Shown: piece after piece, positions 14,424 through 27,112 of the stretch
How the letters are laid out: each line of letters opens with the position of its first letter
How positions within the stretch are numbered: the first letter of the stretch is position 1
Origin: Curvularia clavata
Lineage: Eukaryota
Assembly: GCA_023920165.1 (NCBI GenBank)
Contig: CP089274.1
Location: 930,001-994,000 of the forward strand
Length of the DNA stretch: 64,000 nt
Direction of reading: 5' to 3'
Notes under the pieces: generated by a model
Database searches by the model: none
What the model was told of the DNA's origin: nothing
Seen by the model: only the letters and a program-made list of their open reading frames with translations
Program-made: the position numbers and the translations under genes

Positions 14424-15242
14424 CTACTTCTCATCGGGGTACATGGTCTCCTTAAGAGGAATTCCGAGCTCCTCACGTATCGGCTCAAGCTCCTGAAGGT
14501 ACTCGGCGTATTGGCCCTTGTTCTCGACCTTGAACTTGATGCCTGTGACGTAAGTTAGTAATCAAAGCTCCATGGCTGTTACACCTAAAAAGTTGCATCA
14601 TCCTGTGGCATGTTGTACGCCCCGCTTGAACGCCATGTGCCCGGGTACAGACGCGTGGGTTGTAATGAGAAACGTACCCTCGAAAACTCGGACAGCCGAG
14701 GGGAAGTCGTTGACACGCCTGGCAGCGCGGAGAGCGGCAGTGATGACTGCGGGGGAGGGGACGAGATCGTAAGCGAAGCAGTTGTTCAGGTTTCGCTGTG
14801 AATTGTTAGCAAACTGTGTTCCTGCCCAACAATCGACCAGCTGGCTCGGTGCATGACGAGTGATATCGGTGCGGGACATGTGCTGGGGCACAACAAAACA
14901 TACCTGAAGCTCGAAAACGTCATTGACCTTCTCGAATTCCTTCTCGTACCTGCAATCAAGACACAAAAGTCAGCGCTGCAGCTCTCGATGCACTCAATTG
15001 GACCGCAATGGCTCTCCATCGTATATGGTCCCACTATCGCTACCCAGACGTCCGGGCCTCTCCGCGTGTTGCTCGTACCTGGCGGTAAACTCCTCAAAGG
15101 TCTCCTCGGCGTGCGCATCGCTCTTTCGGACAGCCGACTGCGAGAAGGTGCGCTGAGCGTTCAACGCAACGGGGGTTGCTCGGTAAGCCGGGACTCGCAC
15201 GCCCACTCGGCTGACCTTGGACGCGGCGCGCATGAAGGACAT
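14424..15242 (-). CDS. COX6: Cytochrome c oxidase subunit Va (yeast Cox6), mitochondrial precursor
   Basis: Arg-rich presequence, then EETFEEFTAR/YEKEFEKVNDVFELQ/RNLNNCFAYDLVPSPAVITAALRAARRVNDF...GIKFKVENKGQY...ELGI across 4 exons; TAG at 14424-14426. Confidence 0.95.
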
Positions 15243-15678
15243 TGTGCGATTCAATTAGCTGGCGGCTAGCTTTTCGGGGTGATGAAAGGGGCTACTGGAC
15301 GTTGCAGCCGGCGTTGCGTGGGCGAGTGGTGGTGTTGGTGGTGCGGTTTCGCGGGAGGTTATGAAAACGAAAGCTCAGGCGATCCGAGTTGCACCCAAGC
15401 CAAGCGCAGAAAAGTGGGTCACTCTGATCCCAAGGCTGAAGCCGGTACACTTCCCACCACATATGTCTTCAAACATATCCCATAGAAGATGGCGTTTCAG
15501 CGAGCTTGAAATTCTCTATTGAAAAAAATAAAATTCTCAATTTGTATGCAGGGCCTTAATTCCACTACTTATCAAACACATGCTTCTTTTCAAGTTGTGT
15601 TCGTACTTGTCATGCCCGAATAGGAATTGCAATATCTTCTCTGCATTACCGAGAGCCGCATGCAATGCATTACGTCTC

Positions 15679-17781
15679 CTATACCCTGTAGTATCCTCCA
15701 AATGGCAGTGGTCCTTCTGACGTAGCCCGAACCGACATGACTGGGCTATCCATGTCGCTTTCCTCTTCTGAGCTTTCATCCATCTCTTCATCTTGCATTT
15801 CGTTATCATCTTCGTCACCGCTGTCATAATCCTCAACACCCTCGCTGCCTTGAGCAGAATCGTCGTCGTCTGCTTCTGCATCCGCATCCAATACTGTATC
15901 AGCCACGACTGGGTCTTCTGTCATGTCTTCAGGAACATCGACATCCCCGAGGTCTTCGCTTTGGTCTGCCTGTGGTTCTTGATTGTTCTCTGCTTCCATC
16001 TTCTCAAAGGCATATCCTGGGTTTCTTGCAGCCCATCGGACGTTGTGTATGACCCGAAGCTCTCTCCTTTTCTGGAGGCTTTTCTGGTGGTCATACATTT
16101 CGGCCTTGTACTGAGCCGCAATTTCCTTATCATCCCATAGCTCAGGCCAGTTGGCAACTCGCTGGTATATGGCGTCGTCTGGCTTCCCGCCAGCAATAAT
16201 CGTGTTCATCTTGTCCTTCATTATCACGGTTGCTTTCGCCCATGTTCCAACGTGATACCATCCTTGGAAGGTCGGCGCACAAGTTGTCCTGATATCCTTT
16301 GTAGCGAGGATTTTCGAAATGAGAGGGTCGGTAATGTCGCAGAATTGGAAGAGGTTTCCAGTCTGTGAAACATGAACACCGTCGAAAATATGCTCAGACT
16401 CCAGCTCTTCTGGGGACATTTTAGCTAGCTTCATGACGTGCTGGTCAAAGACTGTGCGGTGTGTCGATGTGCCTGATTTGATATACGAAAGAAAAGACAC
16501 CGTTTGGTAAATGCGGTACTTGGGGTCTTTGCGAGGGTCAACCCCCCAACGGATGAGTGCTTCTCGCCAAGGCCCGCTTTCGAAGAAATACCCACAGTAT
16601 ACAGCTGCCTGTCTGAGCTTGGTCCGCTTGTCCCAGCCAAGCCTGTTGTACAGAAGCTGACGGGTGACAATGGGCCGTTGAAGAAGCAGAGCTCTGGTGT
16701 TAGCAATCAAGGTCTGCATGTGAGGCGGGAGATCTCTTTCTGCAGGCAGTCCAGGTCTAGGTCCAGTGGGGACGTGCTCGTCCGTGGGTTTGATAATCAT
16801 GTACGTGTTGTATGCGTGGCGCCTCTGTATATTGACGATACCTTGATCAGTGTATTTGACGTTGGAGTTTTGCTGGAATCTAGCAAGGGGTTAGCAAACG
16901 TTGGATGGTAAAAAGACTTCAACATACCGATAGTTGTAAGCGATGGGCATCTGCAGAAACTCTGCAGACGGGCCAACACTCTTGGTCAGATCTGCACCCG
17001 CTGCTGTGTTGATACTGTAACTCTTGACCTGGTCAACTGCGAAGGCGTTAGTCACGCTCATGCACGTGTTCAAGGTATTCTTACGTCGTCTGGAAAGAAT
17101 ATGATCGCGCAAACCGACCATAGTGTTGTTGTGAGAAGCAGCATACTGTAGGTCAGGCATATCTGTTCAATGCTCAATCAGCCACAAGTACTTCACGTTG
17201 TTCGAGGTTGGCGCCCACTCCTAAACCGGTGAGTCTCGTCAACGATGCCGACAAGACTGACCTTGTACGTCGATGCATTGTCTTGGAGACTCTTGTAAAT
17301 GGTCGGCGCATCGACGTACGCCTGACTGTCACCCTGCTTTGCTTCTTCTTCAGCGAGAAACGGCCCTGATGTGCCGCGCTTTCGTTTCCGACCCGTTCGC
17401 TTGGGCAATGTGACCTTGAGAAGTAGGTTGTTGGTTCGCACCGGAGTAGACAACAGTCGCTTGGCGAAAGGGTCGTCGGGGCGGAGAGATACAGAGATGA
17501 GTTTCTTGAGTTCATCATCGCCCTCGGCATTGACGGTGGTTTCCAGCTTTGATCGCAGGCCCTGGGTCACGTGTTAGTATGCTGGTATGGCATGAGGTTC
17601 TACTCTCGTTTTAGCCAACCTTGCTCAGTCTGACAGGCCCGCCCAGAGAAGCAATTCCCTTTTCAACATTCTTGATGATGGCAGGGTGCTCGACAACCGA
17701 GATGGCGCGCGAGGGGATAGGCAGCCATGAATCCCGCGGGCTTTGGCCACTTGAGGTGCTGGTGGTTTGTTCGTCGCTCAT
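15679..17781 (-). CDS. TFC1: RNA polymerase III transcription factor TFIIIC subunit tau95 (Tfc1/Sfc1)
   Basis: N-terminal SVVEHPAIIKNVEKGIASLGG, LRPDDPF, HRFR..PDLQY, YFFESGPWREALIRWGVDPR and an acidic C-terminal tail; several short introns. Confidence 0.85.
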
Positions 17782-18654
17782 GGCGGATTTCTTTTTTTTT
17801 TTTGAATCAATGCAAGTCGTCTCAGTCGAATCAAGTTTACCGGCGACGATAGAGCACCCAGGAGACCCAATAAGCGACCTCGTTTCTGAGTGTGTATGTG
17901 TATGTGCGCAGAGCTTCTTTTAGCACAGCAGAAAACTACGATTGGGTAGTAGGCCGTTTGCACCTTCCGTCTCTACTGGGAGGGATCTAGCAACTGTTGG
18001 CGTAGCAGGTCAGGTCATGTGCAGCGATGCGAAATCGCTACAACCCATCCAGCCCGCTCTGTCGTTCTCCTCCGTAACCTCCTGCTCGCAGAGCCAGCAA
18101 TGCCCTGGGTGCGGCGCTGTACAAGTATGATGTCGTGACGGCGGCGGCGGGGCTCTCGAGATGCCAAACGCACGGCCTCGCTACGGGACGGCTAGCGCGA
18201 ATCGCTCGACGCCGTCTGTCTGGCAGCAGCCCTGAGTTGTCAGTTGACGACCTGCCCGACTCCCATCTCTCCAGCTCTTCCATATACGCCTTGTTCTCTG
18301 GTCGCTCTCCTATACGTCACCACGCCGTTGCTAGGGCCCCTCCAGCTGCCGTCTGCTCCCGCCCCCTCTCGCCAGCTCTGCCCTCCGCCGACCCCCCGTG
18401 TTGCGTCCCAAGACGGCTACACACTAGCCTCCATCCACCATCTCACGCGTCCCTCTGTCCTCCATGTCGGCCTGAGTTGCACGCCTGCTCAGTCGTCACT
18501 CTTCCCCGTCTGCGCCCGTCTTCTGCTATCCATTGGCGCTCTTGGACTGCGACCCCCGTTGATACACGCATCGAGGCCTGCCTCAAATTGGCACCCCCGT
18601 CTCCGCAAAGACCTCCGTACTGCTTGATCTGGCCGTGGGCGCATCTTCACAACC

Positions 18655-21343
18655 ATGAAGGGTTTCCGGCAAAGGGTCGTAAGTCTGCGTTTTCTCCTCG
18701 GACCCTTGCGCCGCTGTTGCTGCTGCTAGCACCTGTGCTCTGCCCCTCTCTCTGCGCGGAGGCTAACATGTCTAGTCCGAACAGCTTTCTCGAAGCAAGG
18801 ATGGAAAGTCGTCCAAGAAGAAGGACTCAAACTCTGGCACTGCGTCGCCGTCGCTAGGTGCCTCGCATTCACCCTCGGGCTCGGCCCAGGCTACCCCTTC
18901 CTCGTCACAGACGCAGCTCACCGATGCGCGAGGCAAGAACCAGCCCGCTACTGATGGCACCGCAGGCCACATGGGCTCGCTACAACCAAACTCACAGCCC
19001 TCGTCGGGCTCACTGGCCGGCGGACAGCAGTCATTTGGCGGACAGGGTCTGATGGGTCCTGGCGGTGCTGGTAATGCTGGTGCTGCAGGCCCAGGCACAC
19101 CTTCTAGGCTTGGGCAGCCCCTGGCGCCGAGCGTTGTCATCAGCCCAAGCGCTCCTGTAAGTACTTGTATTCATCACCCTTATCTAGGGAGCATGTGTAG
19201 GCTAAGTAATGTTGCAGCACGTTCCCCCTCCTGGCGCGGCCGAAACGATGCCAGGCGACCTTGCGCCTCCCAAGGCTGGTCAGAAGTCAGGCATATTCGA
19301 CCGTCTTCAAGCAACACCAAAGGACAACATTGAGGGTATAAGGACTCCAAAGAGGCAGCATTCGTCACGTTTCGACATCTCCGACCAGCGCCAGCGTGAA
19401 TTGGAGAAGCTTCCTGGATTTCACGAGGTGCCTCCGAACAAGCGAGAGGAGCTATTCATGCAGAAGATTGACCAGTGCAACATCATCTTCGACTTCAACG
19501 ATGCTAGTGGCGACATGAAGTCCAAGGAGATCAAGCGCCTGGCTCTGCACGAGTTGCTCGACTACGTTGCCAACAACCGCCAAGTCATTACGGAGAAGAT
19601 GTATCCTCGCGTTGTAGAGATGTTTGCAAAGAACCTGTTCCGGCCAATTCCGCCTCCTATGAACCCCCAGGGCGAGGCGTTTGATCCTGAAGAGGACGAA
19701 CCTGTGTTGGAAGTAGCGTGGCCGCACATTCAAGTCGTCTACGAGTTCTTCCTGCGTTTCATTGAAAGCCAGGACTTCAACACAAACATTGCCAAGGCCT
19801 ACATAGACCACAGTTTTGTGCTCAACGTATGTATCAAATCGTCAAAATGGCGAGGGATGAAGCTAACCTATCTTAGCTACTCGAGCTTTTTGACTCTGAA
19901 GACCCCAGAGAACGCGACTTTTTGAAAACCACACTGCATCGTATATATGGTAAATTCCTCAACCTCCGCTCATACATCCGTCGGTCCATCAACAACGTCT
20001 TCTTTCAATTCATCTACGAGACCGAGCGCTTCAATGGAATTGCTGAGCTCCTTGAAATTCTTGGCTCCATCATCAATGGTTTTGCCCTTCCTTTGAAGGA
20101 AGAGCACAAGCTTTTCCTCACAAGAGTGCTCATTCCATTACACAAGGTAAAGAGTCTGAGCATGTACCATCCGCAATTGGCGTACTGCATTGTCCAGTTC
20201 TTGGAGAAGGATGCTGCATTGACAGAGGAGGTAAGATTACACGTCTGGTACCGCGAGCTATGCTAACAAGGCTAGGTTGTTTTGGGCCTGCTCCGATATT
20301 GGCCAAAGGTGAATAGCACCAAGGAGGTCATGTTCCTGAACGAAGTAGAGGATATTTTTGAAGTCATGGACCCCGCCGAGTTCGCAAAGGTACAGGAACC
20401 TTTGTTCAACCAATTAGCCAAGTCGGTTGCCAGCCCCCATTTCCAAGTCGCCGAGCGAGCACTCTACTTTTGGAACAACGAGTACTTCTGCAACCTTGTC
20501 AGCGACAATGTTGAAGTTATTTTGCCAATCATGTTTGCACCACTGTACGAAAACTCAAAGGGTCACTGGAATCGGTACGTCGCAGCAGCAATCCTAAGCA
20601 GGGTTTATATGCTAACAAGGGGCACAGAACCATTCACGGCATGGTATACAATGCTATGAAGCTGTTCATGGAAGTCAACCCACAGCTTTTTGACGACTGC
20701 TCTCACGACTACGCCGAGTCGCAGAACAACGCGACGCAAAGACAGCAAAGCCGACAAGAGCGCTGGGACAAGCTTGCCAAGCTTGCGGAATCGCGCGCAA
20801 ATGGCACGGCGGACAAGTCGTCGGCGCGCGTGGATGATTCGGCTCAGGGACGCCTGGAAAACCTCCGTCTTCAAGACGACGGAGCGGCATCGAGAGACAG
20901 GCGGCCGAAAGATTATGAGCGTCAAGGCAGCCAAACGTCGGTACGTTGATTCTTAAGTCCCTAGAACTCGAGATGAGCATTCTCTGTGGCCGAATCGGTG
21001 TACTCTTAATTCTATTTCTAGACCCCTAGGTCTCTTTCTCGCTCTGTCTCTCCCTCTTTTATTTGTTTTTTTCTTCTTGTTCTTCATCTTCTTGTCCAAG
21101 ACTTGCCTATGTCTTCGAGTGGATCTGACGTGTTTGTGCTTTGTGTCCCTGCAGCGACGGCACCATTCCTCATCAGGGGAGCACCATGTGTCATCAAGTG
21201 CGCGCCGTTCCGCTGGTCGGCCCCGGAGCAACAGTCGGCCAAACTCTTCGTCTGGTCACGCTGTGTCATCATCACGGGGGACCTCTGGACGGGCGCGAGC
21301 CAATTCTGGAGGCAGCAGCATTACTCGGGTCACGAGCTCTTGA
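18655..21343 (+). CDS. RTS1: PP2A regulatory subunit B' (B56), Rts1/ParA homologue
   Basis: MKGFRQRV start; B56 motifs [47 protein letters not shown] and [16 protein letters not shown]; multiple introns. The last exon (21155-21343) is less certain; an alternative stop lies at 20949. Confidence 0.93.
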
Positions 21344-22635
21344 AGGGTGTGGCTTATTTCAGTTGTCTCGTTGCATGTAGCCTTTGGACTATCTGTGGGG
21401 CTTTTGAGTATACTAGCTTGTAGTGGCGACTATCGCACGGTTCATGTTGGCATTCAGCGGTTGCGTGGGTTTTCTGGCTGGCTAGCTCCCCAAAAGAAAG
21501 ACGGATTTCGTTTCTTGAGTACAGTGGTGTTGTGGTAGTGTTTTTCTGGCGGCTGTGTGAGTGATACCTTGTAGGGGTTTCATCTTGCGTAGCTGTGTAT
21601 ATGCAATATCAAGACTTTGTTCAAAAAAAAGCAACTATAAGAGAAACTGCTCCGAGGACAGTAAGGAGCTTGAGACGCAAAAGTAGGCGTGAATGTGTGT
21701 GGTATGGTTAACAACAAAGCAAAGAAAAAAGAAAAAACACGGGGTAGCCCTGTCTACTTTGCTTGTTCGTACGAAGCAATGCTGAACGGTCTCACATGGG
21801 TAGACTGTAACTGAGATTCTAGGGCTATTCTGGTCCGGAACCGTCCACGGACACAGACAAGAGGGCGAAAGGGACAATAAGGGGTCGGTGCCTCGGTATC
21901 CGGGACGCCAAGATAGCCGGGACGCCTGTGCCCCTTTCGAGACTGCCACGTCGAAGGCCTCTCCACAGTCGGCATGAGTTTAGCATCATGGCCAAATTGG
22001 GTCAATTGAGTCGTTGGGCGCAGTTCGGGTACGGAGCACGTGAAGGAATGCATGGGGGCTGCATCTGGATGTGTTTCGAAACGGTCGTTTTTGGAACAAG
22101 ACATGGGCAAGGGCATGAACATGGCAGCACATGCAACCACACGAGAGTCTACCAGAGCGCATCCTGCGTGTAAGACTTGGCAAATGTAGGTCAACGACTG
22201 GCAAACAGGCGTAGGCCGGCTAGGGGGCAAGGCCTCGGTCTGCACAGTGTCGCAATGTGGACGGGCAAGGCGCTGGATAGGCCAGATCTGCGCCAATGGC
22301 GGAGGACCCCAGCAGTCATTTCCGACCTCCTTTCCGGGCGCTGTAGGGCAAGAAAACTGTCCGCCGACCCTTCAAAAACCTTGTGCTCACTTCCTCATCT
22401 TTTTCCCTCGCGGTGTGAGATTTGCTTCTTCACGTCTTCTTTGTCGTTCCTTTGCCCGTCCTCCTTGGCCTCTTGTTGGTCGCGGTTGCCGTCTTTTGTT
22501 TCCATCTCCACCCTCCACCATTGGGTAGTGTTTGGCTCTTGTCTGATAGGCGCAGCCATTTAAATCAAAACAATCGACTCTCTCATCCGTCAGATTCCGT
22601 CCTTCAATCCTCTCTTCTTCGCGTTCTCGCCTCGA

Positions 22636-22652
22636 CACACACACACACACAT
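22636..22652. repeat. (CA)n microsatellite in the elongase 5' leader
   Basis: acacacacacacacaca immediately upstream of ATG 22666. Confidence 0.8.
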
Positions 22653-22665
22653 ATACACCGACACA

Positions 22666-23864
22666 ATGGGCAACCCAGATTGGCTTGAGTATGGCGCACC
22701 GACGCTCGACCGTCCCTTTGGTGTGGCTCTCTGGCCTATCTTCGAAAAGGTCTTTGAGCCCATTGCGGGCTACAAGCCCCAGGACTTCCGCTTTGTGCAG
22801 GGCGAGACACCGCTTTCGACATTCAGGACATGCGTTACCACGCTGGTTGCATACTACATTGTAATTTTCGGCGGCCGGGAGCTTATGCGCAACCGTGAGC
22901 CGTTCAAGCTCAACTTTCTCTTCAAGGTGCACAACTTTTACCTCACCGCTATCAGCGCTACGCTGCTGCTGCTCTTTGCCGAGCAATTGATCCCCACGGT
23001 GGTCAGGAAGGGCCTTTTCTTCGCTATTTGCGACCACGAGGGCGGCTGGACGGACAAGCTGGTTATCCTCTACTACGTACGTGTTCACAACGGGTGCGCC
23101 CACTGGCAGACTAGGCTAACATACGCAGCTCAACTACCTCACCAAGTTCCTCGAGCTAATTGACACTTGCTTCCTGTTTTTGAAGAAGAAGCCTCTGAGT
23201 ATGTGCATCTGAATTGGCGGTGAAAAAAAAGGACAACGTAAAGCTAATGGTTGCAGCTTTCCTCCACACCTACCACCATGGCGCAACTGCCCTTCTCTGC
23301 TACACCCAGCTCATTGGCCACACTCCCGTCTCATGGCCTGTCATTACCCTGAACTTGGCGGTCCACGTCGTCATGTACTGGTACTACTTCCAGAGCGCCC
23401 GAGGCATCCGCATCTGGTGGAAGAAGTACATTACTGTTGGCCAGATCACCCAGTTCGTTCTTGATCTCGGTAGGTTACTTGTGGTTGACGCTGCCATGGC
23501 AATGACTAACGATTGACTAGGCTTCATCTACTTTGCCTCGTGGACCTACTTCACCAGCACCTACTGGCCTCAGCTGCCCAACATGGGCAAGTGCGCCGGT
23601 GAGGAGTTTGCTGCCATTTCGGGCATCTGCATCATCACTTCGTACCTGTTCCTTTTCCTCGCCTTCTACTTTGCTACGTACAAGAAGCCAGTGCCCAAGG
23701 GCCGCCGCCGGGCTACCAGCGCCCTGGTGGAGATGAAGGACGAGAAGGTGCCGACTGTTGGCGAGGCTCGCAGGCGTCTCTCCATCACGCGCGGTGCTGC
23801 GGCTACGGGCTCTTCGCCCAACGGCACCCCCAACGGCCGCGCCACCCGCAGCCGCAAGGCATAA
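22666..23864 (+). CDS. Very-long-chain fatty acid elongase, GNS1/SUR4 (ELO) family
   Basis: [28 protein letters not shown] histidine box, HVVMYWYY and QITQF motifs over 4 exons (introns about 23077-23128, 23199-23256, 23470-23520). Confidence 0.93.
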
Positions 23865-24783
23865 GCGTGAGGGGATGGGTTGCGCGTAACATGAGGGCGC
23901 AGCTGGTGCACCAGCGCTGGACCGAGGAGCTACCACGTGGCCGGGCTCCTGCTACTTCGTTCTTAGGGACAAGGCCGTTTACATGAGGTCGGCCGTTTTG
24001 ATACTTGTTGTAATTGCTATGTGTGGGGCGGGAGGCTTCGGGCCTGCCCCGTGTTACGATAAAAGCATGTGGGAGCATGGTTGGTCTGATCGCATTACGA
24101 CAACTGGGGTGTTTGGACTGGGCTTTTGCATGGGCGGACCGCACACTCGGTGTGCAAGATAGTCGAATGACCGATAATGCATAATAATCGTCAAAGTTTT
24201 TGTCATGTGCTTGGCCTGTCTGTTTGATGTGTGTATGTGTGTGTGTTGTGAATGTAATGTGTACTGTAGACATGCACGTCGCTTTGTTGGTACGTCCAGG
24301 GCACAAGTGGCCTGCTATAGGAGGCGGGTTAAGCAGCGGATAGCGCTTGGGAGCGGCCGTTGATTTGCCATGTCGAGATGCCGGGTTGCCACTTGCGGCT
24401 GTCGGAAGTTTTTAGCAGGCCCAAGCCTACGTGCTGCGTACGTGTGGGGAAGCTTGAGCAGACTAACACGTGCAAAAAACCCGAGATGAGAGAGGCAATG
24501 GCGTAAGACGAGGCTGGCCAGGGACGTTGTTATTACGCCATGTGTCGGGCTAATGTGTCGCCGTCGTCTCTCTGTGCATTCCCGGCGCGGAACCACACAA
24601 GGCGAGTCGATGGATGGGCGCCGTGACGGCATGCATACGCTCTGGATGCAATACGCGGGGGATGGGCGTTGACTCTGTGCAAATGTCTACACAGACAGCC
24701 GGGGCACGACGGGCCTTGTCCCCTTGGTGCTCGCAGCGCTGTGCCAAGGGCGAATGGGTGGCGTGGAGAGGGTGGATCGCCGG

Positions 24784-24809
24784 TGACATGTGATAGGATT
24801 GACATGTGA
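24784..24809 (+). promoter_or_regulatory. Tandem TGACATGTGA direct repeat (two CATGTG E-boxes, UASINO/ICRE-like) upstream of the Opi1-like gene
   Basis: TGACATGTGA at 24784-24793 and 24800-24809, about 500 bp upstream of ATG 25301. Confidence 0.4.
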
Positions 24810-25300
24810 GAATCATGGCTTTTGTCGTGACCCCCAATTTGCTGCCGCCGGGCCCTCTCGTCTGCCACCGTCGCCCTCGCCGTCGCCCTCGCCGTCCCCC
24901 TCAACCCTCTCGCCCGTCAAACATGCCATAGCTCTCTCTCCGACTGCGCCTGGCCCGACTGCACTCCACCATCGCCCTGCCATGCCCTGACTCCAAGCCT
25001 CTCCTGAACCGCACGCCATCGTCACCGCGCACTCGCTCTCTCTCAATTCCTGCTCCGACTTCCGATTCCGCTCCCGCTGAGCGCCCATTCCCTTTCGAGC
25101 CCTCTCCTCCGGCCCATCCTCAATCATTGCGACACCCGCCACGCCCATCGCGCAGCCCTGCATAGCACTGTGCCGCGCCTGAACGCATTGTTGCAATATT
25201 GCCCGCCTGTGCTGAGCGCATAGAGCGCAGATACGTGGGGTATTGCTAGTCGCCTCCACCGCCAGCGGCGCCTTTTCCTTCACCACCGTGCAAAGTCACA

Positions 25301-27112
25301 ATGGACCAGGAGCGCCCACTCCAACGTGCCCCGCCGCCTGCATATACTCAACACGAGCCCGAGTCGCTGCACCTGCCCTCGGTCCCAACCCATATTCCCA
25401 CTCACAGCCACGCCCAAGACCATGCAAGACTGCCCGGCATCAAGTCGCTGCACCTGCCCGACACAAAACCACGACACACACCGCACAACTCGATAGAATA
25501 CAGTCCGCGCGCGCCTTTTGAATCCTCGCATTGGGGCGTCCTGCCCGCTCCAAATGGCACCGCCTTCCCGAGTGTACCTGAGGGCCTCCCGCGCGAAGAT
25601 GTAGGCAGCCCCATGGACACTTCCAGCATACGTGAGCCCAGTGTTAGTATGGACGACCCAGATGTACGGTTGGCGGCCGAGGCGCTAAGTGGACTGGGTA
25701 ACCCAGGTACGTGCGGGAGGAGGGGTGTTGTTCCGCCCATGACAAGCATAAGCACATACTAACTGTAGACTACAGACTTTGTTCGCTCGCCTACAGCACG
25801 ATCGCTCACTCTGTCTGCTCGCTCACCTACTGCTGAACCACCGGAACCGCTGCTCTCTCTAATCACCTCCAATCACCCATGGCTGGGAAGCTCCATCAAT
25901 GGCTCCATCTCCGCTTACAATACGACAAAAGGGTACACACCGCGACTAGTCCAATATGGTGCCGAACTGCTGGAACGTAATATTGGATCGCCCATGGTTA
26001 ACACTGTTTCGTCTGTAGGTAGAAGGACCGGTATGGAAAAGAGCCTGCGCCGATATCTGGGCGAAGGACATCGCCGACCCAGCGATCTCGAACAGGGCGA
26101 CGGCGATAGTTCCAGAAGTAAGCGACAAAGGATTGCCAGCCCCGCAGATGATGCCATGGATGTCGACGATGCACTTGCAGCTGCGTCACGAACAAGGGGC
26201 GGCTCTCAATCTTCCTATTCTGAATCGCTTCCCGCCTACGACGACCAGCGATCTCCCAACTATGAGGAAGCAGTTGTATCAGGGGATGCGAATTCACAAA
26301 AGGCACCCGAGCAGCGATCCGACACACCACAGGACCGCCGCGTAAACTGGTCCACACAGCTCATCATGACAACCTCTGGTCTCGGCGTGGCCCTATCTGA
26401 GACGTCTCTCCGCTCTTTGAAGCTCTGCCTTGGCCTCCTCCGCAACGCAACCACACACATCGACTCGGTTATGCGTGCCCTGCGACTCGTCGTAGAAGAA
26501 TACGAAGCCGCACTGCGCAACCAACGCCAATCCTCGTCGTCTTCCACCACGACGCAAGACGAAAAAGCCCAACTCAACGGGCCCATGGCCAAAATGGGTC
26601 TTGTCGACTCTGAAAAGGACGACCAAGTCCGCCGCATCGCCGACCGCATCAAAGCCCTCTCCTCAGATATCTGGCAAACCCTCCAATCCGTAGTCCAATC
26701 CGTATCGCGCTACACGGGCGGCGCCCTCCCGCAAAACGCTCAAACCGTAGTCCGCACTCAACTTCTCTCCGTCCCTCAACGCTGGCAACTCGCTTCTCGC
26801 ACCGCGGGCCACCGTGGTGGTAATGGTGCTGACACGGGAGGTGATGAGATTCGTGGCGCAAACCGTATGCTGGCTTTTGCCAAGGAAGGCCTCGACATGA
26901 TGGGCCAGATTACAACCGTTGTCGACGGCACCGTGCAGAGTGCTGAGACGTGGTTGCAGAGAATTGGCAGGAGGCCCGTCGACGTGGACCAGAATGGTGC
27001 TGGGGCCCAGCAGGAGAGGAAGAGGGCGCATTATGAGGATGAGGAGAAGACGCCGTTGAAACTTGAGGCTGGGTTGGTCAGAATGGATGGTACCGAGGGG
27101 GAGAAGAGGTAG
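25301..27112 (+). CDS. Opi1-family transcriptional regulator (ccg-8-like)
   Basis: DDPDVRLAAEALSGL (Sin3-interaction-like), GAELLERNIGSPMVNTV, SLRSLKLCLGLLRNA, VVQSVSRYTGGALPQNA and MLAFAKEGLDMMGQI; intron 25707-25775 restores the frame. Confidence 0.85.

Noticed and set aside
24868..24902. CCGTCGCCCTCG-type short tandem repeat, and other poly-T/(TG)n tracts elsewhere in the window
   Set aside because: Ordinary low-complexity promoter/UTR sequence with no spacer structure, so not CRISPR-like.
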